64,000 bases of DNA, from assembly GCA_040954595.2 (NCBI GenBank), contig CM082578.2:7983519-8047518 (forward strand). Direction: 5' to 3'. The position numbers and the translations under genes were made by a program. Source of the stretch: Balanoglossus misakiensis (taxonomy: Eukaryota > Animalia > Hemichordata). Below are positions 16,644 through 40,058 of this stretch, in pieces. Within the stretch, counting starts at the first letter, position 1, and the number at the start of each line of letters is the position of its first letter. Below the pieces are notes generated by a model, which searched no databases, was not told the DNA's origin, and worked only from the letters and a program-made list of their open reading frames with translations.

Positions 16644-17237
16644 TAGAGAGGTTTAGTTACACGTAAATACGCGTACGTCTGACGGCAGGCAGTGGCGTTC
16701 GCGTATGCGTAGCGACGCGTGAATTTTGCGGTTTAGTTGTCCGTTTTGAATTACAAAAATATTTAAAAACAATAGAAAATTCAAATATTTATCACTTCAA
16801 TAAATTTTGTGTGTGATGAATATTCTCTAAGATCACCACTCTTGGAATAAGTTTCTTGAATGCAGTGGAAATATAGTTTAGTGAAGTTTTCCGATGTCTT
16901 TGTCGAGGCGTCCACTGAAAACGTAGTTTGGGAATACATGTTTGTGTTTATGTTTTGAAAACACCAAATAGCGCCGGTTTTAGCACATATGGCAGATTTT
17001 TTTTAGATAACATGGATGCTGGCTACATCACAATTGCACTGCAGAGATCAATCGCTCAAATTAAAGAGAGAATATCGAGAAATTCCGAAAAAATGTTACA
17101 CGTAATCATGATTACGCGTAGAAGCGTCGCTTGCCGTTCCGAACGTCTGTTCTACGCGTACGCGACCTCTGCTTATCACGTGACAATGACGCTACGCGTA
17201 CTGATCGAACGTATTTACGTGTAACTAAACCTCTCTA
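16644..17237. mobile_element. Non-autonomous DNA transposon (MITE), about 590 bp
   Basis: Perfect 28-bp inverted ends: tagagaggtttagttacacgtaaatacg (16644-16671) and cgtatttacgtgtaactaaacctctcta (17210-17237). Flanks fit either a TA or an AGT target-site duplication. AT-rich non-coding interior with subterminal ACGCGTA motifs. Confidence 0.85.
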
Positions 17238-18525
17238 GTGACGCCAAACTGTACCTGTGTCCTCTTCGTTTTGATTGCGTTAAAACCGCGATTTAAAAAA
17301 GTGCGATGATTGAAACTCGAAATTCACATTTTAGATTTAAAATGGCAATCCTACATGTGGATTTTAGCAGGATTATAACTTGTCAGAAAACAAACGACGA
17401 ATTGTTTTTTTTTTATAAACGGAGTGGTTTTGACGAAAAATGGATAAACGATGGGATGACAACGTCACTGTGAACTAAGGCCAGCGAGGGCGCTATTAGT
17501 GAAGATTCGTATGCGTTCACAGGGGATCGCCAACTTAAATTAATAGTGTCATCCTTTATACAACGAGCTGATTCGTCTCAAAAACATTTTTTACCACGTA
17601 TGAAATTGGTTTTAGTTTTGCTTGATGTCGTAAAATGAAAAAAAGGAAGCAACGTTTTACACGAAAAGTGTGTGACCGACAGCATGAATATATATAATCG
17701 GTAATCCGACAACGTTCTATCATCTATCTCGCTACGTGTTTCTTCGGGATTATACGTTATCGGGGATATACCGGATAAAATCTTTCATAGCCAAGGGAGG
17801 TCATTATACCCTATAGGGCCTATGTGCTGCACCTTGACTGTGGGATGTTTTGTTTTCATTTCACCAGTTTCACTCGAATCATTATAATCTTTACAATTAC
17901 TAGTACGTAATTTTCAGACCACGTGAGTATATAAAATGCAACATTGTCACGTTGTCAATCGGATTAAAATCAGATTTAGAGTGAGGCGCAGTCTGTACCT
18001 TTTGTTGATCATTTTGGCTGTTCTGTTCTCTCGGTTTTGGCTGTTCTGTTGTGTGTTCACTCGTATGTGGCGTCCCTCCGAACAGAGCAGCCAAGGTTCG
18101 GCAAAGATGAAGATCCAGCCAAACTTAAAAAAGCCACTATAGCTGCCAAATTTCAGCTATATAAGCTTTAATGTATATTCGAATCAAAGGGCTTAAGCAG
18201 CCAACGTTTTATTCATGAGCACTACACGTCGTTCTGACGACGCTGATGACGTCACTGCTGCTCATCCCATCACCGAAACAGAATGCTGTAACTGATCGGA
18301 TGATTATTTTATAAATCTGTACCGAAAGGTGTGTCATACTGAACAGCGTCGGTCGCAGTCCAGGTAGGTGTAAATCAGTCCTGAATTTGAGGTTATAGAA
18401 ATTACGCGTGCGCTTTTTATGAATTCCAGACCCGATGTTGTACATTTAGTACTAGTACGCACTTTTCGCTATTTTCAATTCTAGAGCTATTGGTATATAC
18501 AAGTTTGTGAAACTCAGCGACTGTC

Positions 18526-20076
18526 ATGGTGGATAATCGAAGTCTTCAGCCACGGATCCTGAGTTCCGCCAGAAAAGGCAGATGTGTCAAGTGGTTTTTC
18601 GCTCTGAGTTGCACTGGTCTGGTTATCTTCTTCCTGGGAAAGGGGTCTCCGCTTGTTCACAGACCTACCAAAATCGCGCTAAAGGAGGGGAGGGTCAAAG
18701 ATTTGAAAGGCGCTGAAGGTTTCGTTGGAAAGTTAACTATAAGCGAGAGCAGGACCAGGAGTGAGCACGCAGCGACTCCGGATTTACTCTCAACCCTGCA
18801 AGCAATAAGAGAGAGGGTATACAAGCAGAACGTGACTTCAGACGTGGAAGATCTTGAGTCGGGATTAGACGAGAAGCGACTGGGGCGAGCTCTGCCGATG
18901 GACACAACATTTACAAGACTGGAGACTGTATTCAAACGGGCCATACTCCAACAAAGCGTTCTGACAATCGGGGTCACCGGTGGTTCGATCTCCGCCGCAA
19001 CGTGCGTGGGGCGACAGAATCTTTACGCCGAGAAGTTGAGGAGCAACTTGCAAGATGCGCTCGGCACCGTCGTCGAACTTCGGAACGGAGCGGTCGGCGC
19101 CACTGGCAGCAAGTTTCACACGTACTGCATTGATAACTACCTGAACTTGACCGAGGTGGACGTCCTCCTCTGGGAATGCAGCGTGAACGACAACAAACAA
19201 GATTGTTCGGCGCAGGAGGAGTTCACGAGAAAGGTGTTACTGGTGCCCCACGGACTAGAGCTAGTATACGTGAACTTTGTGGTCGGGTTGATACAGCACA
19301 GGTGCATCACCAAAGAAGCGATATGCAGCAAACCGCTGAGCGATTATTACGACGTGCCGGCCGTCAACATGAACGACTCAATCTGTGATCTCATCAGGCG
19401 CGGGAAAGCGGAATACCTGGCGACATCGCTCGACAGAGTCCGACCCCATCCCAACGTCAAATATCACAGTATAGTGGGGAATCTTCTCACGCGGATGTTT
19501 AACCAGGTTCTCATGACGGCGGTGGCGTCTTTAGAAGAGTCGCTGATGAATTCAGAAGAAGGCACTGGGGCGGACCTGGAACCTCCCGCAGTAAACACCG
19601 CACTCCCTCCGCCGCTGTACGAGAACACGAAGATTTCAGTGACCCAGTGCTGGTCTTTGGCACGTGCTGAAACCGGGAACAAGAGCCCCCTCGTCACAAT
19701 CGAGAACAAAGGCTGGAACATAACCAACCCCCTCAGGGTAACTCTTGAGAAGGCCCGAGTAGATAGCAAGCAATACTGGGGACCCACAGAGCCGAACAGC
19801 ACGATAACATTTGAAGTGTTCATTAAACCGTACAAGCACGAGAAGGCCCATGTGCTGCTTGCCACTTGGGATTGTGACGACTGTGGAGACGTTATTGCAT
19901 GGCTTGATGGTGACGAATCTAGCGCCTCCACGGTTGAGACCTCCTACGGATTGGGATTCTGCAACGTGATGGCCCTCAGTAATAACGTTAAACCGGGTCG
20001 ACACACAATCTCATTGCGGAACGTATCCCGCAGAGTTCGGGTTGTGGCAATATTCTCCGGATATGACTCGATGTAA
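18526..20076 (+). CDS. Intronless type II membrane SGNH/GDSL-hydrolase-like protein, 516 aa
   Basis: Basic N-terminus plus TM segment (WFFALSCTGLVIFFLG) and a stem. SGNH blocks: I IGVTGGSIS, II RNGAVGATGS, III LLWECSVND, V DRVRPHPN. C-terminal beta-rich domain ending GRHTISLRNVSRRVRVVAIF. Confidence 0.75.
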   Translation: MVDNRSLQPRILSSARKGRCVKWFFALSCTGLVIFFLGKGSPLVHRPTKIALKEGRVKDLKGAEGFVGKLTISESRTRSEHAATPDLLSTLQAIRERVYKQNVTSDVEDLESGLDEKRLGRALPMDTTFTRLETVFKRAILQQSVLTIGVTGGSISAATCVGRQNLYAEKLRSNLQDALGTVVELRNGAVGATGSKFHTYCIDNYLNLTEVDVLLWECSVNDNKQDCSAQEEFTRKVLLVPHGLELVYVNFVVGLIQHRCITKEAICSKPLSDYYDVPAVNMNDSICDLIRRGKAEYLATSLDRVRPHPNVKYHSIVGNLLTRMFNQVLMTAVASLEESLMNSEEGTGADLEPPAVNTALPPPLYENTKISVTQCWSLARAETGNKSPLVTIENKGWNITNPLRVTLEKARVDSKQYWGPTEPNSTITFEVFIKPYKHEKAHVLLATWDCDDCGDVIAWLDGDESSASTVETSYGLGFCNVMALSNNVKPGRHTISLRNVSRRVRVVAIFSGYDSM

Positions 20077-22518
20077 TGACACTGCTGCGTAAATAGGGCC
20101 GTCATATATGTATATCTCCCCAGGATATGCCACTCTTTGCATTATTTTCATGATTTTACTTTCCAACTTAGATTGGTCCATCTAAATCAGTTTTCTGATA
20201 TGTACACATTAACATCTTATCGACGCTCGATTGTGCTTGTATGTTGCAATTTAATTTGAACAAGCGATGTATTAAACGGGTGCTGCACCCGTTTAATCGG
20301 CCTCCACACAAAGAGTACACAACTATCGCGGGTATGCGTCACCAAGAGATGACAAACTGATGCAAATACCAGTAATATGGCTTAACGGTGGTGATTCTAA
20401 AGGATAGGGAGAAGATTTGAAGCATTTTACTGTGGGGAAAAAAATATGTGAAATTTGGCAGTTCTTGGGCTTTAAACGCAACGCGGAACCCGCGCCTCTT
20501 GAATGTTACAAGCAACAAGTGGCCATCCATCCTGTAACGATTCGTATTTGTGCGTAGCCTCTCGTAGTTGCCACGTTAAAATAGAAATAAGCCCCACTTT
20601 CAAACTGTAATGAGCTTAAAACCAACCGTACGCAGGGGGACAAACACTCGCATTATTTCAGGCATTGAGGAATTATTGAACCGGGATGAGTAAATTGTAT
20701 GTAATAATGGATTCTTTTCGGATTTCATGTTTTCATTCTTTTCCAAACTTTTACCCGGCGTTTGGCAGCTCTAAACGTTACAGTTGGCAGGGGGATTTTA
20801 TAATCTTCTTGTGGCAACCTGAATTGAGGGCTTGTCCACAGTCGTTTGAAAATTGTGCATTGTTTGGGCTTGTCCGGTGCATTGTCGACAAACATCTGTG
20901 GTTGTAATACCATAGACAGTTGCGATTATGTTGTCACTACGGCGCTGTAAAGGGGATTGACCAGGGAAGCAGTCTGCGTCCATTCACTGTAGTTTAGAGT
21001 AAAGAAGACTAGCATGCGACCACAGCTGTCATCAAAAGGATTAAATGCCGATTAGCCAGTTCTGATACACTAAGTGAATAAGCCAGGCCATGCAGTCGCA
21101 GGATGATATAATCGCCAAATATCAGCATCACAAAACTGCATATGCCAAAGACTGGTCAACTCCTCCATTTTCTGGACATGTGAGCTGAAGAAGATGCCCA
21201 TCATGAGGTAGCGCACTAAAATACATGTAATATGTTGGGCTTGGCTTTTTAAAAATACAGATTGGGCTGGTATTACATGTTGGGTTAAAAATAACATGAT
21301 TTAGTATAGTAGTGAGTGATTTCTATTATGTGATGCCTGGCTGGAAGCTAAAGAACATATTTCAATATTTATGTTAAATATCTTCTTTGGGTATGATATC
21401 TTTCTTGTTATTTGACATGTGCAAATTTGGAAAATTAGCAAAATATGACACTGATCAAATTCGCACGACTTTTAAAGTTCAGGTGGTATACGTGTATGGC
21501 ATGTGAATAGTATATATTGTGATATCTGCACGTTTCTCAGGAATAGTTTGATGTAGATAATAATAAACACAGTCAACAGTTGAGTACATAACACACAGCA
21601 GTTGACTTGGAGCAGGAATCTAGACTTTTCGTGGGGGTGTGCATTCAGCGACTTTTTCATTTCTTAGCATGTGGTTCTCTCTGAAGAATATGGTCTGCAC
21701 AGGTCTCTCAACACCGTGTCGGTAGTAGTGCAGAAACAAAGGAAACATAGACTGGAAAACCCGTCGCGTGAGGGCGTTCGCTGGGGTGGGGCGCCCTCGA
21801 GCGACATAAAGTCAGACACCACAGCTACAAGTCAGTACATGTACATGGGTTTGGTCTTGTCTGACAGAAATGAGACACATTCATAATTCTCTCATTTGTG
21901 TGAAATTTTATTTTCACCTATGTTTCTGTCATCAAAGCAAACAATTTTGTGTCGGTGCGCATCAAAACTGTCCTTGCTCACACATGGCCACAGATCTGTA
22001 TTTGTTATCTCAGTATTTGGCAAGAAAATTTTACAACACTATCACTTCAGTCGCCTCACAGAAAACTGTACAACAAAAACAGCAGCAAAATCAAAAAGGG
22101 TATTTTCATTTTTTGTGTGCGACTGTCCAGTCAACTTACAAGAGGTTTTTGTTGCCATCAATATGCACCAGTCGCGGCCTGACTGGTTCCACTCAATGTG
22201 TGAAATCTCAGAAGTACATACTATTATTTTGAAAATATTTAAAACTTCAAATAATGAACAATATTTACATAAATAGATTCATTATATCAAGTATCACAAT
22301 CAGTACATTTAGAATTAAAATATAATTCAAATCATAGAATTCGTCACAGTGTAAAAACCAAAAGATCAAAAAGTAAATATATTTGTTGTCATCAGTTTTT
22401 ATAAGCTTAAAGTCAGTCAAAATTCCAGGCCATTCCCACTGTTCTCCTCGGGATTTCACATCCATGGCTTAAAAGAACTTTGAGCAGTATACAAACTCTG
22501 ATCGTACACAAAAATTAA

Positions 22519-22603
22519 CCCTTTCACCACCATGGTTCAGTCCAAACCCATTGTTTTCAATGGAAAGGTTGGACCTCTACAGACGGAACTGGGGGTGAAA
22601 GGG
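22519..22603 (+). mobile_element. Short (~85 bp) TIR element, TTAA-associated (piggyBac-type MITE-like) family copy
   Basis: ttaa|ccctttcacc...ggtgaaaggg|ttca; closely similar to the copy at 55003-55088. Confidence 0.65.
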
Positions 22604-23507
22604 TTCAAGTTTTAGGGCAGTGTTGTCGTTCTTTCTGTCAGTTCTGGCTCCACACTGTCAGTAAAATTAACACAAGTACTGGATTGTACACTCTCTTAAA
22701 TTTGCAAAGGAAAAGATATTTCGGTCATACAATAAACAAGAACAAATGTACTGCTTATGTTTGATAGAGAAATATCAATTGTCTATTACACTTAATAATC
22801 TTAAAACTTTAACAATAGATACTTCAATGATAACTTACAGTCTTCCCAAACAGCTCCAGCCATAAACAGTATTCTTGTGAAGTAAAAGAAGTGAGAGGTG
22901 AACTCCTAAACACTGAAGTGTATTACAGGAATGTTCCCGATAAAACCCTGATATGCAACTTCGAAAATCTTTCTTTCAAGCAAAACAGATATCAATATGT
23001 AAGAAGAAGATGTCCAGGTAAATAAGAGATTTCTTTGAATAATATTTTATACACACACTTAGCCGTCTGTCCCTGTGCACCAAATTCGGCCAAAAATAAA
23101 ATCTGTCAGCACTGTCCATTGAACAGTATGAAAACCTCCAAAATCAAATGCCTTGGAATCAACAGGGTACCGCTCAATTCTTAACTCACTCACTCACTCA
23201 CTGATGTCACAGTAATACAAGCCTTCAAGAAAGTCACATAAATTTCAACAAACAGCTGCTCAGCGCCGTGGCTTCACGAAGGTGGTCAATTAGCAGTGAG
23301 CTGCACCAGGAAGTTACGTTGTCAGCATTACCCCAACCATCATCCTCACAACTCGCGCCATCATCGCCACGGCACACACCGTCATTGTCAAAAGTCAAAA
23401 GCAGCCCCCGGCCAAGAGTCAACCAACCCGATTTGGCACACAGCCTCAATGTTGTCTGATTGATTATCTGGACCGAACCACAGCAGAAATGGGGGGTGGA
23501 AGGCTTC

Positions 23508-27155
<3,648 letters not shown>

Positions 27156-28360
27156 TAGGACTTCACTTCCTTCCTCTCGGTTTCACATTATAAGCCTCAG
27201 AACCAAGATTCAACTGCCTTCATAATCTTCACCGGGCTACCTCATAGAATCTGGAAAAGACACACAATATCACATTTTGGCCACTGGGCCAAGTTCAGTA
27301 CACTTGTGCTCATGTCATCCAGAATTATCCAGTCCGTTCATTTCAGGCAGGTGCTATGAGTATTCCTAATGGCATAGAACTTGTACTAATACACTAACTG
27401 AAGTACAGTCTGTATTTCCATTTTCATCATTTTATAGTCCTCATATCTAACATATATTACAACATGTAGTATTACATCACACTAAGATGAACAGCAAAAA
27501 TATTGTAATTCAGTCAGTCGGTCGGTAACCTCTTACCCTGTATATTGCAGTTGTACATGTAATTACACATGTATTATGATCAGATTGCATAATTGTCTGT
27601 CTGTTTTGTGGTGTTCACATTTACCATGGGCTTGGAACAGACAGTACACAGAAACGAAACAATACTGAATAGAAGGTATAAAACCACTGGGAAAGCAGTA
27701 AATTTATTGTAAACAAAACAGGGAGGGGCGTATTGTTAAAAGACATTATCAGTATGTAATCGATTTCATGTTCATATGTTAATTTACACATTGACTTGAA
27801 AATAGTACTGATATATACATTGATATAGATCAACGATTATTATTGAAATGCATTGCAATGATAGTACAGTTTCTGTATGTATGAACCAAGATCAGCTGAT
27901 GCACACGTACAACATGACGTACGTCATAACATCACATGAACAGTAGATGATCATGGGGGCTAAATTTCGCGTCGTTGACAGACGTTTACAGACAATTTAT
28001 GTCCGTCTGGAAGTTACCAAACGTTAAACACAACTGTGCGTACGACAGACGAAACATATGCATGCTTATTATGTATCTCGCTACTTACTTACTCCACTAA
28101 ATGCTACATATTGTGTTAGTGCAATCTGAATCTCGGAATCAGCAGCGGAGATGCAAGGTGATTGTTTTCTGTCTTGAGTGAGTTGCTGATCTAGTTCTTT
28201 TTCAGTGTAACCTGATATGAATGCTACAAATCTCTGCAAAAAGACTTGATGATACTTCAAGTAATGTCTTTACTTCTAGCGACGTACACGGGCGCAAACT
28301 TCGTAACAATCGCTGTCTCTGAATACACAATCAGAAATCCTTCGAGTAAATGTTGTTGTA

Positions 28361-28687
28361 CTTCCTTCCCGGAAGTGTCGTCATTAGCGCAAGAATTGGA
28401 CAGTTACATTTAACAGTTAAATCGTTCCACCATATTGACGGAGCACTTACGAAAACAATCCGCTTGACACTATTTGATACGGCGTACAGTAATGAATGAC
28501 GATGGCAATATTGGCAAAATAGAAAATAAGCGAAGGTTTGGAACATCAAAATGTTTCAACGCAACGTTAATAGGTGCGCATATTAAATGTAAAACAGGCG
28601 TTATTTTATTTGACCGTCTACGTCATTTTCCCGCGCTTTTTGATCACGAGTGTACGTAGATAGAGTTCACAACAAACTTTTGAGGCA
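28361..28687. promoter_or_regulatory. Putative bidirectional TPRA1/MCM2 promoter with E2F and ETS motifs
   Basis: TTTCCCGCGC (E2F consensus) at about 28628-28637, roughly 55 bp before the MCM2 ATG; CCGGAAGT at 28369-28376. MCM genes are established E2F targets. Confidence 0.6.
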
Positions 28688-36502
<7,815 letters not shown>

Positions 36503-37755
36503 ATAAAGTAGCCTGTCCAGAGGTCCTGGCAGATTTTATACTGCGATGTACCCATCATCCCCTTTTCACTTTCTGCAGTACGGTAGTCTTGAAACGTGCA
36601 ACACTTCAGTGACAATGCCCCCGAAATGAACGTCACTCTGATGATGTTATCAGCATTGCAAACTCCTTAAGGGCTGAACATTGGAATGAGAGACACTGGA
36701 GGAAAGTAGTACATCAGTTTCTGACCATGAAAATTTTCAGTACTCTTCACATTTTGAAGTGCGTGATGGTCAAGCGTTCGCTGTTTTAACTGACAACCAT
36801 TCGTCCCGATTTCCTTGCATGTCCTGGATAAACCCACATATCCTTCACGTAAAGTTAAAGGGACAAAGTCTCTCTCTCACTGCCCTTTTTCCATTAATTA
36901 TGTTTGATACAGGACACTGTTTATCATGTTATGTACATGTGGATATATAGTGAATCAACGTTCAACCACGAGAATACGTTCAATCATAAGAATATGATCA
37001 AAATTTATATTATGCTCTCTGATATTGAAAACTTATTCAGCAGAGTGTACTATGTGATGTTACCAGTAATGCCTAATTTCCCACTTGGGTTTAAATTTTA
37101 AAGTTCAAAGTAGAATAGAGTTTTGAAACTGCTGGATTTATTATAGGCTTTTCTCACGTTCCCTAGAAGGGCCATGTTAGTGCAAGTCGCAGGGAAACCC
37201 TCTCAGTGTGTAGCTTACTATGTAATATTACAGCTTCATTTACCACATGGTCATCAGCTACAATCAGGATTGATTATTGTCTTGTGCAGCTTCTGAAAGT
37301 ACAGAACTATTTATTGGTTGCTAAGCAGATTAGCAACACTGGTCTTCAAGTCGACTAAGTAGGAAGTGATGAACGTTTATCACTTTTTTTTTCTACCAGT
37401 TCAAATTGACAGAATTTCGTATATGTATAGACACCTTCTGATGCGAATATTGTACATGTACACAGATTCTACCGTAATTCTGTTTATAGAAGAAATAAAA
37501 GTTCATTTCAAAAGGAAAATAAAAGTTGCAGTCATTTCTTGGTTGTACACGTTGATGTACACCCGTTTGTGGAGTGAACTGACAAATGAGCTCTCCAATC
37601 AAAAACAACCTTGTTTAAAGACCACTGCACATCAGCTGGTCAAAAGTTCCCTCCAGGGCATTTATTGAGAATAATTTGTAGTAGAGGTCAAGATAACCAT
37701 TAAATAGCCAATTAAAATATGTGAAATAAAACTACAGTCCGACAAAATATTTAGG

Positions 37756-40058
37756 TCATTTTTGCTCCAAATTCAGCAACTCTTCACTAACTTCCCACAG
37801 CTTGGCCGCAACTTCTGTGTCGTATGAAACTCTGGAGCTGGTTGCCTCCTTTTTAACGCTGAAGTATTTACCAGTTGTTCCTGTTCAAAATGAGAACATT
37901 AAAATGTCAAATTATATCTCAGTACAAGTCAGGATAAGATAGTATGTCTTTTCACGGAATAGGGTTAAGAAATCATCAAAGTTCATTTGTTTCAAATGGT
38001 CCATTCCGTCAATCCAAAAAGTTGACCATTCAAATCATATTTGCATGATTTGAATCTTGTGGGTCAATTGACTATTGTTATGCAAATAATCCCAAGCCCT
38101 GGCCTTCCTTCATCATGAATATTCATATCAACTGAAGTGTACAATGTACAAAATCGTACACCCATTTTGCCTGGTGAAACGTCCTACACATATCTTCTGA
38201 CAGTATCAACAGAAAATACAGAGGGATTATCAACAGGCACAAGGACTGTGCTAGAGTCCAAACAAAGGCACATAACAAGTATGGGAATTACACACTATTT
38301 TTTTGCGTTGCTCATAATTACAACATACCTTTCAGAGCAGGATCAGTTGCAAGCTGGACGATACAGTCACCACCAGACTCCAGTGTTGTTGTGAGCCCCA
38401 GCAAGTTGTACAGTGGTGCCAAGTAAACTATGAAGACTTTCAACACAAAACTGACATCGTTAAAGATCTCTGAAGTTGGGATAAAACCTGGAATAGAAAA
38501 AAACAGGTTTTACTTATTTACTTATTCTGTACATAACATCTAAATTACCATTAACATGAATCCATGTACGTATAATTAAAGTACAAATACATTTTTGGCA
38601 ATGCAACTATTGATGTGATTGCGAGATTATGCGTGACTGATTTACACATAAAATTCATGTAATAAGTTTTTCCATGGCAACCCAACATTTTACAAATGCT
38701 GGGGGAAGGAGAGGAATCTGGTTTCAAGGAATGAATTCATTTTTCAAGAACTGATCAAGTGTGGTGTCACACACTCCAGGGATTTCCGAGGGGGCAAAGT
38801 GACCCTTGCAAGACACTTGCTTGATACCAACCTGGATGAAGACAGTTACAAGTGACCCCGGAACCTTCGAGTCGTCTGGCAAGCTCGTAAGTGAACAGAA
38901 CGTTTGCGAGTTTGGAGTTATTGTACGCCAGGGATGCCCCGAATGTTCCTTCTTTCGACAACATCAGATTGTCGAAATCTAAGTCAGCAGGACCTGAAAA
39001 ATGGTAAAGAAGGAAAAGAATATTGGTTGAATATATGACAAGAAACATTAAGGGGGCAGAGGCTGTGATATTAAAGGAACAGAGACTGGGCCATTTTGTC
39101 TATACCTCAGTCAACATGGAAATTTATGTCACTTTGCTGAGCCTATGGTGTCTCATCCAGGTTTGCATGATATTTGCAGGATATGACATACTTGCTTTTG
39201 AGAGATAATAGTCAGCATCGTGCATGGATGACGTGGTCACCACAATCCTGGCTTCACCAGTCTCCTCAGCAGTTTTCTTCAAATCATTCAGCAACAAGTG
39301 CGTCAGAAGAAAATGCCCTAACATGGGGAAAGAAGGAAAGACAAAGGTGATGATGGGTTAACTTCATTTTCATGTCACGGTGACTGGGACACACTTAACG
39401 CAACCAGTCAGAGACCATATTGGACAGCTATACAAATTGGAAACCAATGAAATTGCAGAATGTTATTATTACCCAGATGGTTGACTCCGATGCATAATTC
39501 AAATCCATCTTCCGTCTCCATCCGGCAACCAGGCACAACTCCGGCGTTGTTACACAATATGTGCAGTGGTTTTCCCATGGAATGGAAGTCCTCCACGAAC
39601 TTGTGAATTGAAGCAATGGAGGCCAAATCAAGCTATCAGGAAAAAAAGACAAATAAACTGGAATATGGATAAAACTTACCATTTCACCACCATATACATG
39701 TATGTGAAACCTGTCTATTAAGGACACCTCTGGGACCAGAAAATCTGTCCTGATTAGAGAGGTGTATGTCCATAATGACAGATTTCAGTGTATTTCTTTG
39801 TCTATATGTCTGCCTTGCCGAATCCGGTTGGGACCAAGAGTCACTGACCTTGATAAATTGAACTTTGGCGTCGGGATTGCTTTCTCTGATCTTCCTCTCT
39901 GCTTTGCGACCACGTTCTTCGTTGCGACACGCCAAAATGACGTCATAGCCAGAAGCGGCCATCTTCTTGGCCGCTTCAAAGCCTATGCCACTGTTTGCCC
40001 CAGTGATTATGCAAACTTTGTGGGGCAATGCTCCTGCCTCTCCTACATCTGAAGACAT
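37756..40058 (-). CDS. Retinol dehydrogenase 11/12/13-like SDR (paralog 2), 6 exons
   Basis: MSSDVGEAGALPHKVCIITGANSGIG..., CNNAG, GVNHLGHF, YNNSKLAN, HPGFIPTSEIF, GKYFS...LWEVSEELLNLEQK*. Intron positions match paralog 1. Confidence 0.9.
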
